A DNA stretch of 36,008 bases from Bacteroidia bacterium (GTDB taxonomy: Bacteria; Bacteroidota; Bacteroidia; NS11-12g; UBA955), in the NCBI GenBank assembly GCA_025450395.1, contig JANWHK010000025.1, forward strand, positions 1-36,008. Reading direction: 5' to 3'. Shown piece by piece: positions 1-8,110 of the stretch. Under the pieces are notes generated by a model. It was given only the letters and a program-made list of their open reading frames with translations, searched no databases and was not told where the DNA came from. Each line of letters begins with the position of its first letter. The stretch's first letter is position 1. A program made the position numbers and the translations under genes.

Positions 1-157
1 AGGCACAATAATTGAAGAGTTTATACTGTTATACAATTACACAACATGAATACCGAAAAGAAATATCCTAAAGTAAGAAGCCGAAGGAAAGGTATGGAAA
101 AACCTGTCCGGAAAGACGGTGAAGGCGTTAAACAAGGGCCTGCCGGAGTTTAAGAAA

Positions 158-1231
158 TTAAACCACGGTTCCTTCTTTCATGCGCTCTGCATTCTCAGCC
201 ATTTTTAAGGCGTCTATCATGCCTTGAATGTCTCCGCCGAGAAATGTATCCAATGCATATATTGTCATGTTGATGCGGTGATCTGTCACCCTGCTCTGCG
301 AAAAATTATAGGTTCTTATCTTGGCACTCCTGTCCCCGCTTGCAACAAGTGTTTTTCTCGTATTGGCTATTTTGGAATTATGTTCCTCCATGGCCCTTTC
401 ATAAAGTTTAGTCCTGAGTATCTGCATGGCCCGTTCCCTGTTGCCCAATTGTGAACGGTCCACCTGGCAAACTACAACTATACCGCTGGGCCTGTGAGTG
501 AGTTGCACTTTGGTCTCAACCTTGTTTACGTTTTGGCCACCCGCACCACCGCTTCGGCTGGTTTGCATATCAATATCAGCCGGGTTCAACTGTACGTCCA
601 CTTCTTCAGCTTCCGCTAAAACAGCGACCGTGGCTGCCGATGTATGCACCCTGCCCTGGCTTTCAGTTTTTGGCACCCTTTGCACGCGGTGAACACCGCT
701 TTCGTATTTCAGGTCACCATATACATTTTTGCCGGTCACTTCAAGTATCACTTCCTTGTAGCCGCCTGCAGTACCTTCATTCTCATCCATGATATCCACT
801 TTCCAACCCCTGTTTTCACAATAACGCATATACATTTTCATGAGGTCGCCGGCAAACAGGCTGGCCTCATCACCACCTGTTCCGGCCCTTATCTCTATAA
901 TCGCATTCTTGGCATCCTCAGGATCTTTTGGGATTAAAAGCAGTTTTATCTTTTCTTCCAGCGTACCGATCTTTGCTTCCATTTCATCCGCTTCCTGCCT
1001 GGCCATTTCCTTTATTTCCTGGTCCTTTTCGTTGGCCAGCAGGTCTTTCGCCTGTTGGTAATAATTTAAGGTGCTTCGATATTCTTCAGTGGTTTCAACT
1101 ATTTCCCTCAAATCACTGTATTCCTTGTTCAGCTGGGTGAAACGCTTCATATCCTGCATGGTATCAGCGCTGCTTAATAGTAATTCAACCTCACGGTATC
1201 TCGCCTCAATGGCCTCTAGTTTGTCTAACAT
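158..1231 (-). CDS. prfA: Peptide chain release factor 1
   Basis: 357-aa ORF with the universal GGQ motif ([16 protein letters not shown]) and the RF1-type PxT region ([16 protein letters not shown]) rather than the RF2 SPF motif. Uninterrupted, full-length class I release factor layout. Confidence 0.95.
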   Translation of the reverse strand: MLDKLEAIEARYREVELLLSSADTMQDMKRFTQLNKEYSDLREIVETTEEYRSTLNYYQQAKDLLANEKDQEIKEMARQEADEMEAKIGTLEEKIKLLLIPKDPEDAKNAIIEIRAGTGGDEASLFAGDLMKMYMRYCENRGWKVDIMDENEGTAGGYKEVILEVTGKNVYGDLKYESGVHRVQRVPKTESQGRVHTSAATVAVLAEAEEVDVQLNPADIDMQTSRSGGAGGQNVNKVETKVQLTHRPSGIVVVCQVDRSQLGNRERAMQILRTKLYERAMEEHNSKIANTRKTLVASGDRSAKIRTYNFSQSRVTDHRINMTIYALDTFLGGDIQGMIDALKMAENAERMKEGTVV

Positions 1232-1243
1232 GTTGTTTTGTCC

Positions 1244-2050
1244 CTAATCCTTCTTTTGAGAAAAAGTCTGCAAAATTACATATTCATCCGTTAATACAAA
1301 TAATCTTTCTTTTTCAATCCTGATATTTTTTGTGTTAGCCGGCAAGGTGATATCTAATTCCTGCATGGTAAAGTTGAGTGGATTAAACATGTTGATCCTG
1401 TTTTTTTTAAGGAAAACGATCTTTTCATTGATGTATTGGAATCCCGTGAGGGTGTCCATCAGTTTAATTTTACTGAAATTTGCGAAAATGTCGAATTCAA
1501 GTATCTTGTTCTGGTCCAGTATCAATATGCTGGAATTAATATCCCTGATAATGGTGGGGTAAACAACTGAACCTATATTAAACGTATTGAATGATGCGCT
1601 TTCAATCATTAACTTGAGGTCCTTGCTGTATTTTTTCAGTTTCAGGTCAGCAACGTCAAAGATCCATATCTGGTTGTCAGCGCTTCTTCCGATACAAGCT
1701 ATCTGGGAAACGCCTATGCTTTCCATATCACATTCTCCCCTCAGGTTAAGCAGGTTGTCGAGGAAGATGATCTTGTTCTGGTCGCGATAAAACACATAGA
1801 TCTCAAATGGGTTGGTTACGTCTATAGAGGTAATGTGGCCTAAAACCTTGAAGTTGGCCGTGGCTGTTTTTTTACCATCCTTGTCATATTTGATGATGTC
1901 ATTGGTAGGCGTCACAACGAAGAGGTTTTCGAGGTTGTCACTGGTGATATAACTGCCTTCCGGCACCGGTATGGTGTCGTTTAACGGTATGGTCTGGGCT
2001 CCGGCAAGCGCCAGGTAAAAACCTGTGATATAGAGTAAAATATATTTCAA
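1244..2050 (-). CDS. Hypothetical secreted protein (N-terminal signal peptide, no recognised family)
   Basis: 268-aa ORF. The N-terminus MKYILLYITGFYLALAGAQT looks like a Sec signal peptide. The start codon is TTG and overlaps the lpxH stop as TTGA. It sits 12 nt upstream of prfA on the same strand. The next in-frame Met is more than 100 codons downstream, so the TTG start is needed. Confidence 0.7.
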   Translation of the reverse strand: MKYILLYITGFYLALAGAQTIPLNDTIPVPEGSYITSDNLENLFVVTPTNDIIKYDKDGKKTATANFKVLGHITSIDVTNPFEIYVFYRDQNKIIFLDNLLNLRGECDMESIGVSQIACIGRSADNQIWIFDVADLKLKKYSKDLKLMIESASFNTFNIGSVVYPTIIRDINSSILILDQNKILEFDIFANFSKIKLMDTLTGFQYINEKIVFLKKNRINMFNPLNFTMQELDITLPANTKNIRIEKERLFVLTDEYVILQTFSQKKD

Positions 2051-2808
2051 TCGGAGGGTTTGAAGTACTTTAATTCAATATTTGTGCCATCAAAGACTGC
2101 GTATGAAAAATCGTTCATCCATTCGCCGAGGTTGATATACCTTGACTCGGCTGTAAGATGTATGTCCAGGGGGAGATGCCTGTGACCGCTGATAAAAAAA
2201 TCGTAGTGTTTTTTCTTCAGTTGTTCGCGGCAGAACAAGGTGATATATTCCTTGTCATCACCAAGGTAAGTCTTGTCGTAATCGCCCTTGCTGATCCTGC
2301 TTTTCAGCGATAGGAACCTGGCCAGGCTCACACCGATATAGGGGTGCAGGAAACCGAACAGCGATATGGATATCCTGCTCCTGAATATCTTTTTAATGAG
2401 TTTGTAGCCTTTGTCACCGGGCCCCAGGCCGTCTCCGTGATGAATGTAAAAGGTCTTGCCGTTCCTTTGAATGACAAGTTCATTTGAAACCACCTTCAAA
2501 CCAAGTTCTTTTTCAAGGTAGCCGAAGGTCCACATGTCATGGTTGCCCTTGAAGAAGGTAATCGGTATGCCGGAATCGCCCAATTCGGCCAGTTTGCCCA
2601 TAATCCTTGTAAACCCTTTAGGGATTACATGTTTGTATTCGAACCAGAAATCAAACACATCGCCTACAAGGTATATTTCAGAGGCGTCATGCCTGATATG
2701 GTCCAGCCATTTGCAGATCAGTTTTTCGCGCTTGAGTGAATCTTTGGCATCCGGGGCACCGAGGTGGAAATCGGATGCAAAATAGATATTGGTCTTGTTT
2801 GAAGTCAA
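2047..2808 (-). CDS. lpxH: UDP-2,3-diacylglucosamine diphosphatase (LpxH, calcineurin-like metallophosphoesterase)
   Basis: 253-aa ORF with the metallophosphoesterase motif series SDFHLG, LVGDVFDFW, KGNHDMW and GHRH, at LpxH-typical spacing and length. Confidence 0.85.
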   Translation of the reverse strand: MTSNKTNIYFASDFHLGAPDAKDSLKREKLICKWLDHIRHDASEIYLVGDVFDFWFEYKHVIPKGFTRIMGKLAELGDSGIPITFFKGNHDMWTFGYLEKELGLKVVSNELVIQRNGKTFYIHHGDGLGPGDKGYKLIKKIFRSRISISLFGFLHPYIGVSLARFLSLKSRISKGDYDKTYLGDDKEYITLFCREQLKKKHYDFFISGHRHLPLDIHLTAESRYINLGEWMNDFSYAVFDGTNIELKYFKPSD

Positions 2809-2964
2809 TGCAATAAGAAAGTTTCAAAGATTGACAAATTCGCTCAATTTTACAACACTTATTTCAGTTGTGGCCCTTTATTGGACATTGTAGCAGCCGA
2901 TTTCGACGCTTGTCGAATTATCTATAGGTCTGACGATGATCCATACAGTGTAATGGATTTTACT

Positions 2965-2972
2965 TATTTTTG
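2965..2972 (+). promoter_or_regulatory. Candidate Bacteroidota sigma-A -7 box (TATTTTTG)
   Basis: Matches the TAnnTTTG consensus. It lies 6 nt before ATG 2979 and 15 nt before ATG 2988, and it overlaps the TTG at 2970 that the ORF track used as start. Confidence 0.4.
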
Positions 2973-2978
2973 TGCATA

Positions 2979-3656
2979 ATGGATTTCATGTCGCTTATTC
3001 AATCTGCTGCCAGGGACAGGAAAAAACTGCTGCGCATTTACCGGTTCATTTCGATTTTTGGCATATTGCTGTTGCTGACCCGGTTATTCTTTGTTACGGA
3101 TAAAACGTTTCTTTTTTTGCTGTGGAACTTTTTCCTTGCCGGCATTCCTCTTATCATCAGTTCTGTAATGATACAAATGTCTGCCCAAGGCAAAAGCAGG
3201 AACAGCATCATTGCAATGGGGGTGTTATGGCTCATTTTTTTACCCAACGCGCCTTATATGCTGACGGATTATATCCATGTCATATTCGGCAACTATGATT
3301 ATTTTTTATTGAATGCATTTACTTTCAGCTGGTTTGCAATTCCAGCATTTGTTGCGGCCATTATTTCGCTGAATGATATATCGGTCCTGCTACGTACCCG
3401 ATACAGTAGCTTACTGGTCTCCTCTTTTATTTTCATTATATGCCTGGTTTGCAGCTTTGGTATTTACCTTGGCCGTGAACTGAGGTTCAACAGCTGGGAT
3501 GTGATATTAAAACCTAAGACTCTTGTAACTCAATCCATGGAGAGTTTGAGTAATCCTCCTACTGATTATCATACCTGGACAGGTACTATGGGTGTAGGCC
3601 TGTTATTGTTTATGGTTTACCAGGGTGTAAAGATTTTGAAGAATGAAGTTGAATAA
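2979..3656 (+). CDS. DUF1361-family integral membrane protein
   Basis: Multi-pass membrane ORF with the motifs LLWNFFLAGIPLII and IFLPNAPYMLTDYIHV, which I recognise from DUF1361. The start is set at ATG 2979 (ATG 2988 is also possible). The track's TTG at 2970 sits inside the putative -7 box. Confidence 0.75.
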   Translation: MDFMSLIQSAARDRKKLLRIYRFISIFGILLLLTRLFFVTDKTFLFLLWNFFLAGIPLIISSVMIQMSAQGKSRNSIIAMGVLWLIFLPNAPYMLTDYIHVIFGNYDYFLLNAFTFSWFAIPAFVAAIISLNDISVLLRTRYSSLLVSSFIFIICLVCSFGIYLGRELRFNSWDVILKPKTLVTQSMESLSNPPTDYHTWTGTMGVGLLLFMVYQGVKILKNEVE

Positions 3657-3709
3657 GATTGCTTAAGAGGTAATTGGCAACTTAGTTTAAGTTAAAAATA
3701 AATGCTAAT

Positions 3710-4195
3710 TTACTTATAAACTTCAAATTGTCCACTTGTAACGTCAACTGTAGTACTGTTATCCGAACCTACAAAATTAAACGTTCCTTTTATTTTCCCA
3801 TTGCTTGCAATATATTCCGAAATGATAATAGATCCTGAAGTCGAAGTAAAAATATTTGACCCACCCGGAGCATATTGTCCCATATAATCCCCAAAAATAC
3901 TTAATGAATGGGTGCCAGTTGTAAAAGCATCTGGTAACCATAAAATTAAATTCTTTGTTCCATTCATCCCGGTGATTCCAACTTTACCACTGGCTGTCAT
4001 GACATTAATAGATGTAGCCGTATAGGCTACACCACCGACAGTGGCACTCATTGAATTCTTACCCTTTACAGGAGCTGGGGTTGTCGAGTTGCTCGAGTTA
4101 CTATTGTCATCGGCTTTCTTACAACTATTAGCAAGTAATAACATAAATCCCATGATTATTAATGAGATAAACCAAGTTTTGTTGTTCTTTTTCAT
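3710..4195 (-). CDS. Probable lipoprotein (DUF6252-like beta-sandwich, tentative)
   Basis: 161-aa ORF with signal peptide plus Cys (MLLLANSC), followed by a low-complexity S/N/T linker. The C-terminal pattern GKIKGTFNF...VTSGQFEV resembles small Bacteroidota lipoproteins. This stretch looks more AT-rich than its neighbours by eye. Confidence 0.7.
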   Translation of the reverse strand: MKKNNKTWFISLIIMGFMLLLANSCKKADDNSNSSNSTTPAPVKGKNSMSATVGGVAYTATSINVMTASGKVGITGMNGTKNLILWLPDAFTTGTHSLSIFGDYMGQYAPGGSNIFTSTSGSIIISEYIASNGKIKGTFNFVGSDNSTTVDVTSGQFEVYK

Positions 4196-4262
4196 AATTC
4201 TTATTTTTAGTGTTTAGTTTATTTTATTTTCAATATTAAATAAAATCAATTGAGATTTCAAA

Positions 4263-4279
4263 TTTTTTTATGATAAAAA
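4263..4279. repeat. 17-bp AT-only palindromic repeat, copy 1 (TTTTTTTATGATAAAAA)
   Basis: Identical 17-mer to 4411..4427. The core TTTTTAT-G-ATAAAAA is a perfect dyad. Confidence 0.8.
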
Positions 4280-4306
4280 AAACCAGCACGAAAAGCGCTG
4301 GTTTTT
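4275..4306 (-). terminator. Intrinsic (bidirectional) terminator hairpin downstream of tRNA-Cys
   Basis: Stem CCAGC (4283..4287) pairs with GCTGG (4297..4301), with one extra C-G pair. It is flanked by A8 on one side and T5 on the other, so the minus-strand transcript ends in a U8 run 12 nt past the tRNA 3' end. Confidence 0.65.
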
Positions 4307-4313
4307 AATCTTG

Positions 4314-4384
4314 AGGTCGGAAGCGGGTTCGAACCGCTGTAGCAGCTTTTGCAGAGCTGTGCCTAACCACTCGGCCATCCGACC
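4314..4384 (-). tRNA. tRNA-Cys (anticodon GCA)
   Basis: The minus-strand sequence GGTCGGATGGCCGAGTGGTTAGGCACAGCTCTGCAAAAGCTGCTACAGCGGTTCGAACCCGCTTCCGACCT folds by hand into a cloverleaf. Elements: 7-bp acceptor stem GGTCGGA/TCCGACC, U8, a 3-bp D stem with a 13:22 mismatch, anticodon stem CAGCT/AGCTG with loop CTGCAAA (GCA), T arm AGCGG-TTCGAAC-CCGCT, and a U73 discriminator as expected for Cys. No CCA is encoded. Confidence 0.93.
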
Positions 4385-4400
4385 TGATTTAAAGGTGGTG

Positions 4401-4408
4401 CAAAACTA
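4401..4408 (-). promoter_or_regulatory. Candidate -7 box (TAGTTTTG) for tRNA-Cys
   Basis: The reverse complement of CAAAACTA matches TAnnTTTG, 16 nt upstream of the mature tRNA 5' end. Confidence 0.5.
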
Positions 4409-4410
4409 GT

Positions 4411-4427
4411 TTTTTTTATGATAAAAA
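4411..4427. repeat. 17-bp AT-only palindromic repeat, copy 2 (TTTTTTTATGATAAAAA)
   Basis: Identical to 4263..4279, 148 bp away. The two copies bracket the tRNA-Cys gene, its promoter box and its terminator. Confidence 0.8.
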
Positions 4428-4464
4428 TCAAGAATAATTGATAAAACCTTGACTGGCAACGTCA

Positions 4465-5025
4465 TTATGCCATCTTACGGATGGTGCCAACCGATTTTCC
4501 CTTGCTTTTGCTATCGCTTTTAACATTACTGCCGCCCTTGACCTGTTTTTCAGCCTTGACCTTGTTTTCAGCCTTGGCCTTATTCTCGGCTTTCATTTCA
4601 TCTGTTTCATTCGCCTCTTCTTCAATCGACTTTCTCAAGGCCTCGAAATCAAATTTGTCGCTCAGTATCGTGTACCAGTTGGCAAGCTTTTTCATGTCTG
4701 AAAGATAGATACGCTCATTGTCGAAATTGGGCAATACCTTGCCTAAAAACTGGGGAAAAACATCGTCGTTCGATTTTTTATCAGGTATTACCAGTCCGCC
4801 CTTAACCTTGTCATGTATGGAGAGAAGTATTGTTGCCAATCTTTCCTCACCTTCCATTGTAAACATGGCAATATCAGACAGGATAGACACTTTGGTGTTG
4901 GCGGAAGTAGGGATTTTTTTTCCTGTTCCATCCAAGGCTTCAACGATCAATCCATTTTTTCTCTGACCAATTACATGGTACAAGCCGGGCATCCCCGCAA
5001 TAGCTACAATATCTTTAAGTTCCAT
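4465..5025 (-). CDS. DUF5606-family protein with Lys-rich hexapeptide-repeat tail
   Basis: The N-terminus MELKDIVAIAGMPGLYHVIGQRKNGLIVEALDG matches the DUF5606 pattern as I remember it. The start is moved to ATG 5025. The track's longer ORF (to 5115) would overlap the divergent gene at 5108 and adds 30 non-conserved-looking residues. The tail reads KAENKA KAENKV KAEKQV KGGSNV KSDSKS KGKSVG. Confidence 0.75.
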   Translation of the reverse strand: MELKDIVAIAGMPGLYHVIGQRKNGLIVEALDGTGKKIPTSANTKVSILSDIAMFTMEGEERLATILLSIHDKVKGGLVIPDKKSNDDVFPQFLGKVLPNFDNERIYLSDMKKLANWYTILSDKFDFEALRKSIEEEANETDEMKAENKAKAENKVKAEKQVKGGSNVKSDSKSKGKSVGTIRKMA

Positions 5026-5086
5026 AAGCGTTGCAAATTTTCTATAATAATTTGACAAAACAAAGCATTCTGAGGTTTTTTTGTCA

Positions 5087-5094
5087 TAGTTTTG
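5087..5094 (+). promoter_or_regulatory. Candidate -7 box (TAGTTTTG)
   Basis: TAnnTTTG match 13 nt upstream of ATG 5108, at the head of the tightly packed 5108..7957 gene string. Confidence 0.45.
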
Positions 5095-5107
5095 TAAACA
5101 TTTTATT

Positions 5108-5656
5108 ATGAGCAAAAAACTGTTGATTTATGGCCTGGCTTTCGGTAGCGCCAGTGCGGCTTTGAGTTACATTTACCTGACATCTTCTGTTTACAAAAGT
5201 TCTGGATGGATTCAATTGTTTTCTATACTCGGAGAGTTTTTAATCATACCCGCAGTGGGGATTTACCTGTTTTTGAAAGCGTTTAAAAATGAAAAGCCTG
5301 AGGAATTCACCATAGGCAGGGCTGTTTTTATGGGCTTTTTATTGAGTATTATCATTTCAGCGGCAGTTTCCCTGATCTATTCATATATCCACCAGTTCAA
5401 GCCGCAATTTATCTCGCAGATAATTGATTTCAAGACAAGTACCTATGCGAACGGCAAGTCGGCTATGAGTATCAAGGATACAAGTGTTGTTGCATATACC
5501 AGGGATGTGGCCAGTTTTGTAAAATACCAGCAGGAACAGGTATATACAATGAGGGCGCAGTTTATTTCCCACCTTTTTGCGGGCGCCTCACGCGGGTTGT
5601 TCCTGAGCGCCATATTCGCGTATCTCCTGAGACCTAAAACAACTAAAAGGGATTGA
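5108..5656 (+). CDS. DUF4199-family membrane protein
   Basis: 182-aa ORF with four predicted hydrophobic helices. The N-terminus MSKKLLIYGLAFGSASAALSYIYL is typical of Bacteroidota DUF4199 proteins. Confidence 0.7.
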   Translation: MSKKLLIYGLAFGSASAALSYIYLTSSVYKSSGWIQLFSILGEFLIIPAVGIYLFLKAFKNEKPEEFTIGRAVFMGFLLSIIISAAVSLIYSYIHQFKPQFISQIIDFKTSTYANGKSAMSIKDTSVVAYTRDVASFVKYQQEQVYTMRAQFISHLFAGASRGLFLSAIFAYLLRPKTTKRD

Positions 5657-6381
5657 AGGTTTTAGGTAAAATAGGTTTTGCCTGGTTTTTACTGGTGTTC
5701 ACCGGGATTTTCCTGGTATTTTACCCTTTTTTCCTTGTGTTGCTGAGTCACCCAAGAATGTACCCTATTGCAAACGTATTGCGCAAGATATGGGCATGGC
5801 TGGTGGTCATATTGTGTTTCGCAATTCCACTCTACAAAAGGGAAGAACGTAAAATGCCATTGCCCTGTGTGTTTGTGTCCAATCATACGTCATACCTCGA
5901 TATTGTTGCCCTTGGTCTGATAGCACCGATCAGGATAACATTCATGGGCAAGGTAGAACTCTCTAGAATCCCCTTGTTTGGCATCTTTTTCAGGACCGTG
6001 GATATAAGCGTTAACAGGAAAAGCATCCGGGATTCACACAAGGCATTCGTAGAAGCAGGGAACAGGATCAGTAAGGGATTCAGCGTTGTGATTTTTCCGG
6101 AAGGCACCATTTGGAATAAAACACCCTTGCTGAAACCCTTTAAGAATGGGGCCTTCAAGATGGCCATTGAAAATGGGATTCCGATTGTCCCCATTACTTT
6201 CTACAACAATTTCAGGATATTGCCAGACGAGAAATATGCATTTTACCCAAGGCCCATCAAATTCAAAGTTCATCGGGCAATACCTACCGCACATCTAAAT
6301 GTTGAAGACAGTGACTCCCTAAAAGATGAAATTTACGCCTTGATAGAAAACGAATTAAAAGCAAAAAAGATCATACAATGA
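5653..6381 (+). CDS. plsC: 1-acyl-sn-glycerol-3-phosphate acyltransferase (lysophospholipid acyltransferase family)
   Basis: HX4D catalytic motif (NHTSYLDI) and the FPEGT motif, with N-terminal membrane helices. The TTG start overlaps the upstream stop as TTGA. An alternative Met lies 35 codons downstream. Confidence 0.8.
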   Translation: MKVLGKIGFAWFLLVFTGIFLVFYPFFLVLLSHPRMYPIANVLRKIWAWLVVILCFAIPLYKREERKMPLPCVFVSNHTSYLDIVALGLIAPIRITFMGKVELSRIPLFGIFFRTVDISVNRKSIRDSHKAFVEAGNRISKGFSVVIFPEGTIWNKTPLLKPFKNGAFKMAIENGIPIVPITFYNNFRILPDEKYAFYPRPIKFKVHRAIPTAHLNVEDSDSLKDEIYALIENELKAKKIIQ

Positions 6382-6674
6382 AAATAACAGATGAAAAAAT
6401 TGAACAATTGGCGCATTTGTCAAGGCTGGAGTTTGATGACGAGGCAAAATCCAAAATAAAGGCCGATCTTGAAAATATACTTGTATTTTGCGAAAAATTG
6501 AATGAAGTGGATACCGAGGGGATAGAGCCATTGATCTATATGACGGATACCATTAACAATGTGAGGGAAGATAAGGTTGAACAATTGGTGAGTAAGGATG
6601 AAATATTAAAAAATGCCCCAGGGAAGGATTCCGATTATTTCAGGGTGCCTAAAGTGATTGAACAGAATAAATAA
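6378..6674 (+). CDS. gatC: Asp-tRNA(Asn)/Glu-tRNA(Gln) amidotransferase subunit C
   Basis: 98-aa ORF. The pattern [16 protein letters not shown]...[22 protein letters not shown] is the canonical GatC signature. Its start overlaps the plsC stop (ATGA). Confidence 0.9.
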   Translation: MKITDEKIEQLAHLSRLEFDDEAKSKIKADLENILVFCEKLNEVDTEGIEPLIYMTDTINNVREDKVEQLVSKDEILKNAPGKDSDYFRVPKVIEQNK

Positions 6675-7399
6675 TGAATCATTTAATTGATATCAAGGAA
6701 ATACAGAAAGTATATAACCTCGGACATGAGGCTGTGTATGCTTTGAAGCATATCGACCTCAACATCAACAAGGGCGAGTATGTGGCGTTGATGGGGCCTT
6801 CGGGTTCAGGTAAGTCAACACTTATGAATATACTTGGTTGTCTTGATTCCTTTACCAAGGGTAAATATATACTGAATGGTACGGATGTAAGTAAAATGAG
6901 CGAGAATGAGTTGGCTGAAGTGAGGAACAAGGAGATTGGTTTTGTTTTCCAGACATTTAATCTTTTGCCGAGGATGACAGCGCTGGAAAATGTAGCCTTG
7001 CCTTTGGTTTATGCCGGATTTAGCAAAAAGGACAGGTTGCAGAGGGCAGAGGAGGTCCTGGTACAGGTAGGCTTAGGAGATAGGATGAAACATAAACCCA
7101 ACGAATTGTCAGGAGGCCAGAGGCAAAGGGTAGCCATAGCCCGCGGACTGGTTAACAACCCGAGCATACTGCTGGCCGATGAACCCACGGGAAACCTCGA
7201 TACAAAAACGTCTATAGAGATCATGATGTTATTCAGGGAAATCCACTCACGTGGCAATACCATTATTTTGGTAACACATGAGGAGGATATTGCTCTTAAT
7301 GCCAAAAGAATTGTAAGACTCAGGGATGGCCTGACTGAGTCGGATATGATCAATGAAAGATTTGGGCAGATACGTCATGAACTGGCTTCACCTGAATAA
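6674..7399 (+). CDS. ABC transporter ATP-binding protein, MacB/LolD-like
   Basis: Walker [11 protein letters not shown]-loop FVFQTFNL, signature [15 protein letters not shown], Walker [14 protein letters not shown]-loop VTHE. No permease gene is adjacent. The start overlaps the gatC stop (TAATG). Confidence 0.9.
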   Translation: MNHLIDIKEIQKVYNLGHEAVYALKHIDLNINKGEYVALMGPSGSGKSTLMNILGCLDSFTKGKYILNGTDVSKMSENELAEVRNKEIGFVFQTFNLLPRMTALENVALPLVYAGFSKKDRLQRAEEVLVQVGLGDRMKHKPNELSGGQRQRVAIARGLVNNPSILLADEPTGNLDTKTSIEIMMLFREIHSRGNTIILVTHEEDIALNAKRIVRLRDGLTESDMINERFGQIRHELASPE

Positions 7400-7402
7400 A
7401 CC

Positions 7403-7957
7403 ATGAAAATATACACTAAAAAGGGCGATAAAGGCGAAACCTCACTGATAGGTGGTGACAGGGTTAAAAAGCATCATATCCGGATTGAGGCTTATGGCAC
7501 CATTGATGAATTGAATTCATACATTGGCATTCTCAGGTCGTTTACGTCGGATGCCATCAATACAAATGTTTTACCTGAAGTCCAGGACAGGTTATTTACG
7601 ATCGGCAGCATATTGGCCTCTGCACCCGGAAGCAAAATGATAGTGCCTGACCTGCATGAAACGGATATCGTACTGCTGGAAAAAAGCATTGACAAAATGC
7701 ATGAAGAGTTACCCGAACTGAAATCATTTGTATTGCCTGCAGGAAGTCTTGAAATAGCACATTGCCATGTCGCAAGGTGTATTTGCAGGAGGGCGGAACG
7801 ACTTATCGTTGATCTGGCTGAAAACCAGGAGGTTGAACCTGGAATTATACAATACGTTAACCGTCTTTCTGACTACTTGTTCGTATTGGGCAGGTACACT
7901 GCCAGGATGCAGGGAGTAGAGGAAGTTTCCTGGAAACCTAGGATTGGTAATCGGTAA
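7403..7957 (+). CDS. ATP:cob(I)alamin adenosyltransferase, PduO type
   Basis: 184-aa ORF. MKIYTKKGDKGETSL..G.RV.K is the hallmark PduO/MMAB N-terminus, and the C-terminal LNRLSDYLFVLGR is also typical. The last four codons (GNR plus stop) are supplied by the heptad tract at 7946..7980. Confidence 0.88.
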   Translation: MKIYTKKGDKGETSLIGGDRVKKHHIRIEAYGTIDELNSYIGILRSFTSDAINTNVLPEVQDRLFTIGSILASAPGSKMIVPDLHETDIVLLEKSIDKMHEELPELKSFVLPAGSLEIAHCHVARCICRRAERLIVDLAENQEVEPGIIQYVNRLSDYLFVLGRYTARMQGVEEVSWKPRIGNR

Positions 7958-7980
7958 TCAGTATTCAGTAATCGGTAATT
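7946..7980 (+). repeat. Five tandem heptads GGTAATC GGTAATC AGTATTC AGTAATC GGTAATT
   Basis: Read directly from the sequence with a strict 7-nt register. The tract overlaps the stop codon (7955..7957) of the adenosyltransferase gene. Confidence 0.85.
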
Positions 7981-8046
7981 CAATGCAGTTTTATTAAATA
8001 AGTTGCCAAAAACATCCAGTTAAGTTCAATTGGTAACAAATAAATC

Positions 8047-8060
8047 CTGATATATATCAG
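8047..8060. repeat. Perfect 14-bp palindrome CTGATATATATCAG
   Basis: Self-complementary by inspection. It lies near the centre of the AT-rich core between the inverted heptad arms. A second dyad, AATTGAT-GAAT-ATCAATT, sits at 8071..8088. Confidence 0.8.
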
Positions 8061-8110
8061 AAATAAGTTAAATTGATGAATATCAATTATTTACAATAAA
8101 ATGGATTTAA

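Noticed and set aside
2-49. Possible 3' end of an upstream plus-strand gene (frame 2 is open from the window edge to the TGA at 47..49)
   Set aside because: Only 15 codons are visible (GTIIEEFILLYNYTT) and nothing in them is recognisable, so it cannot be supported from this window.
158-1231. Programmed +1 frameshift in the release factor gene
   Set aside because: That feature belongs to prfB (RF2). This gene is RF1 (PxT motif, single uninterrupted frame).
1399-1406. A8/T8 homopolymer runs inside coding regions (1399..1406, 4914..4921, 8595..8602, about 19327, about 25127) as phase-variation switches
   Set aside because: They encode Lys-Lys or Phe-Phe in an AT-rich genome and occur in housekeeping genes (msrA, the ABC ATPase) as well as surface proteins. 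Without population data there is no evidence of length variation.
3660-4464. Integrated mobile element at tRNA-Cys (an AT-rich lipoprotein gene next to a tRNA, with flanking direct repeats)
   Set aside because: There is no integrase, excisionase or transposase gene. The direct repeats are not a duplication of the tRNA 3' end, and they enclose only the tRNA unit, not the lipoprotein gene.
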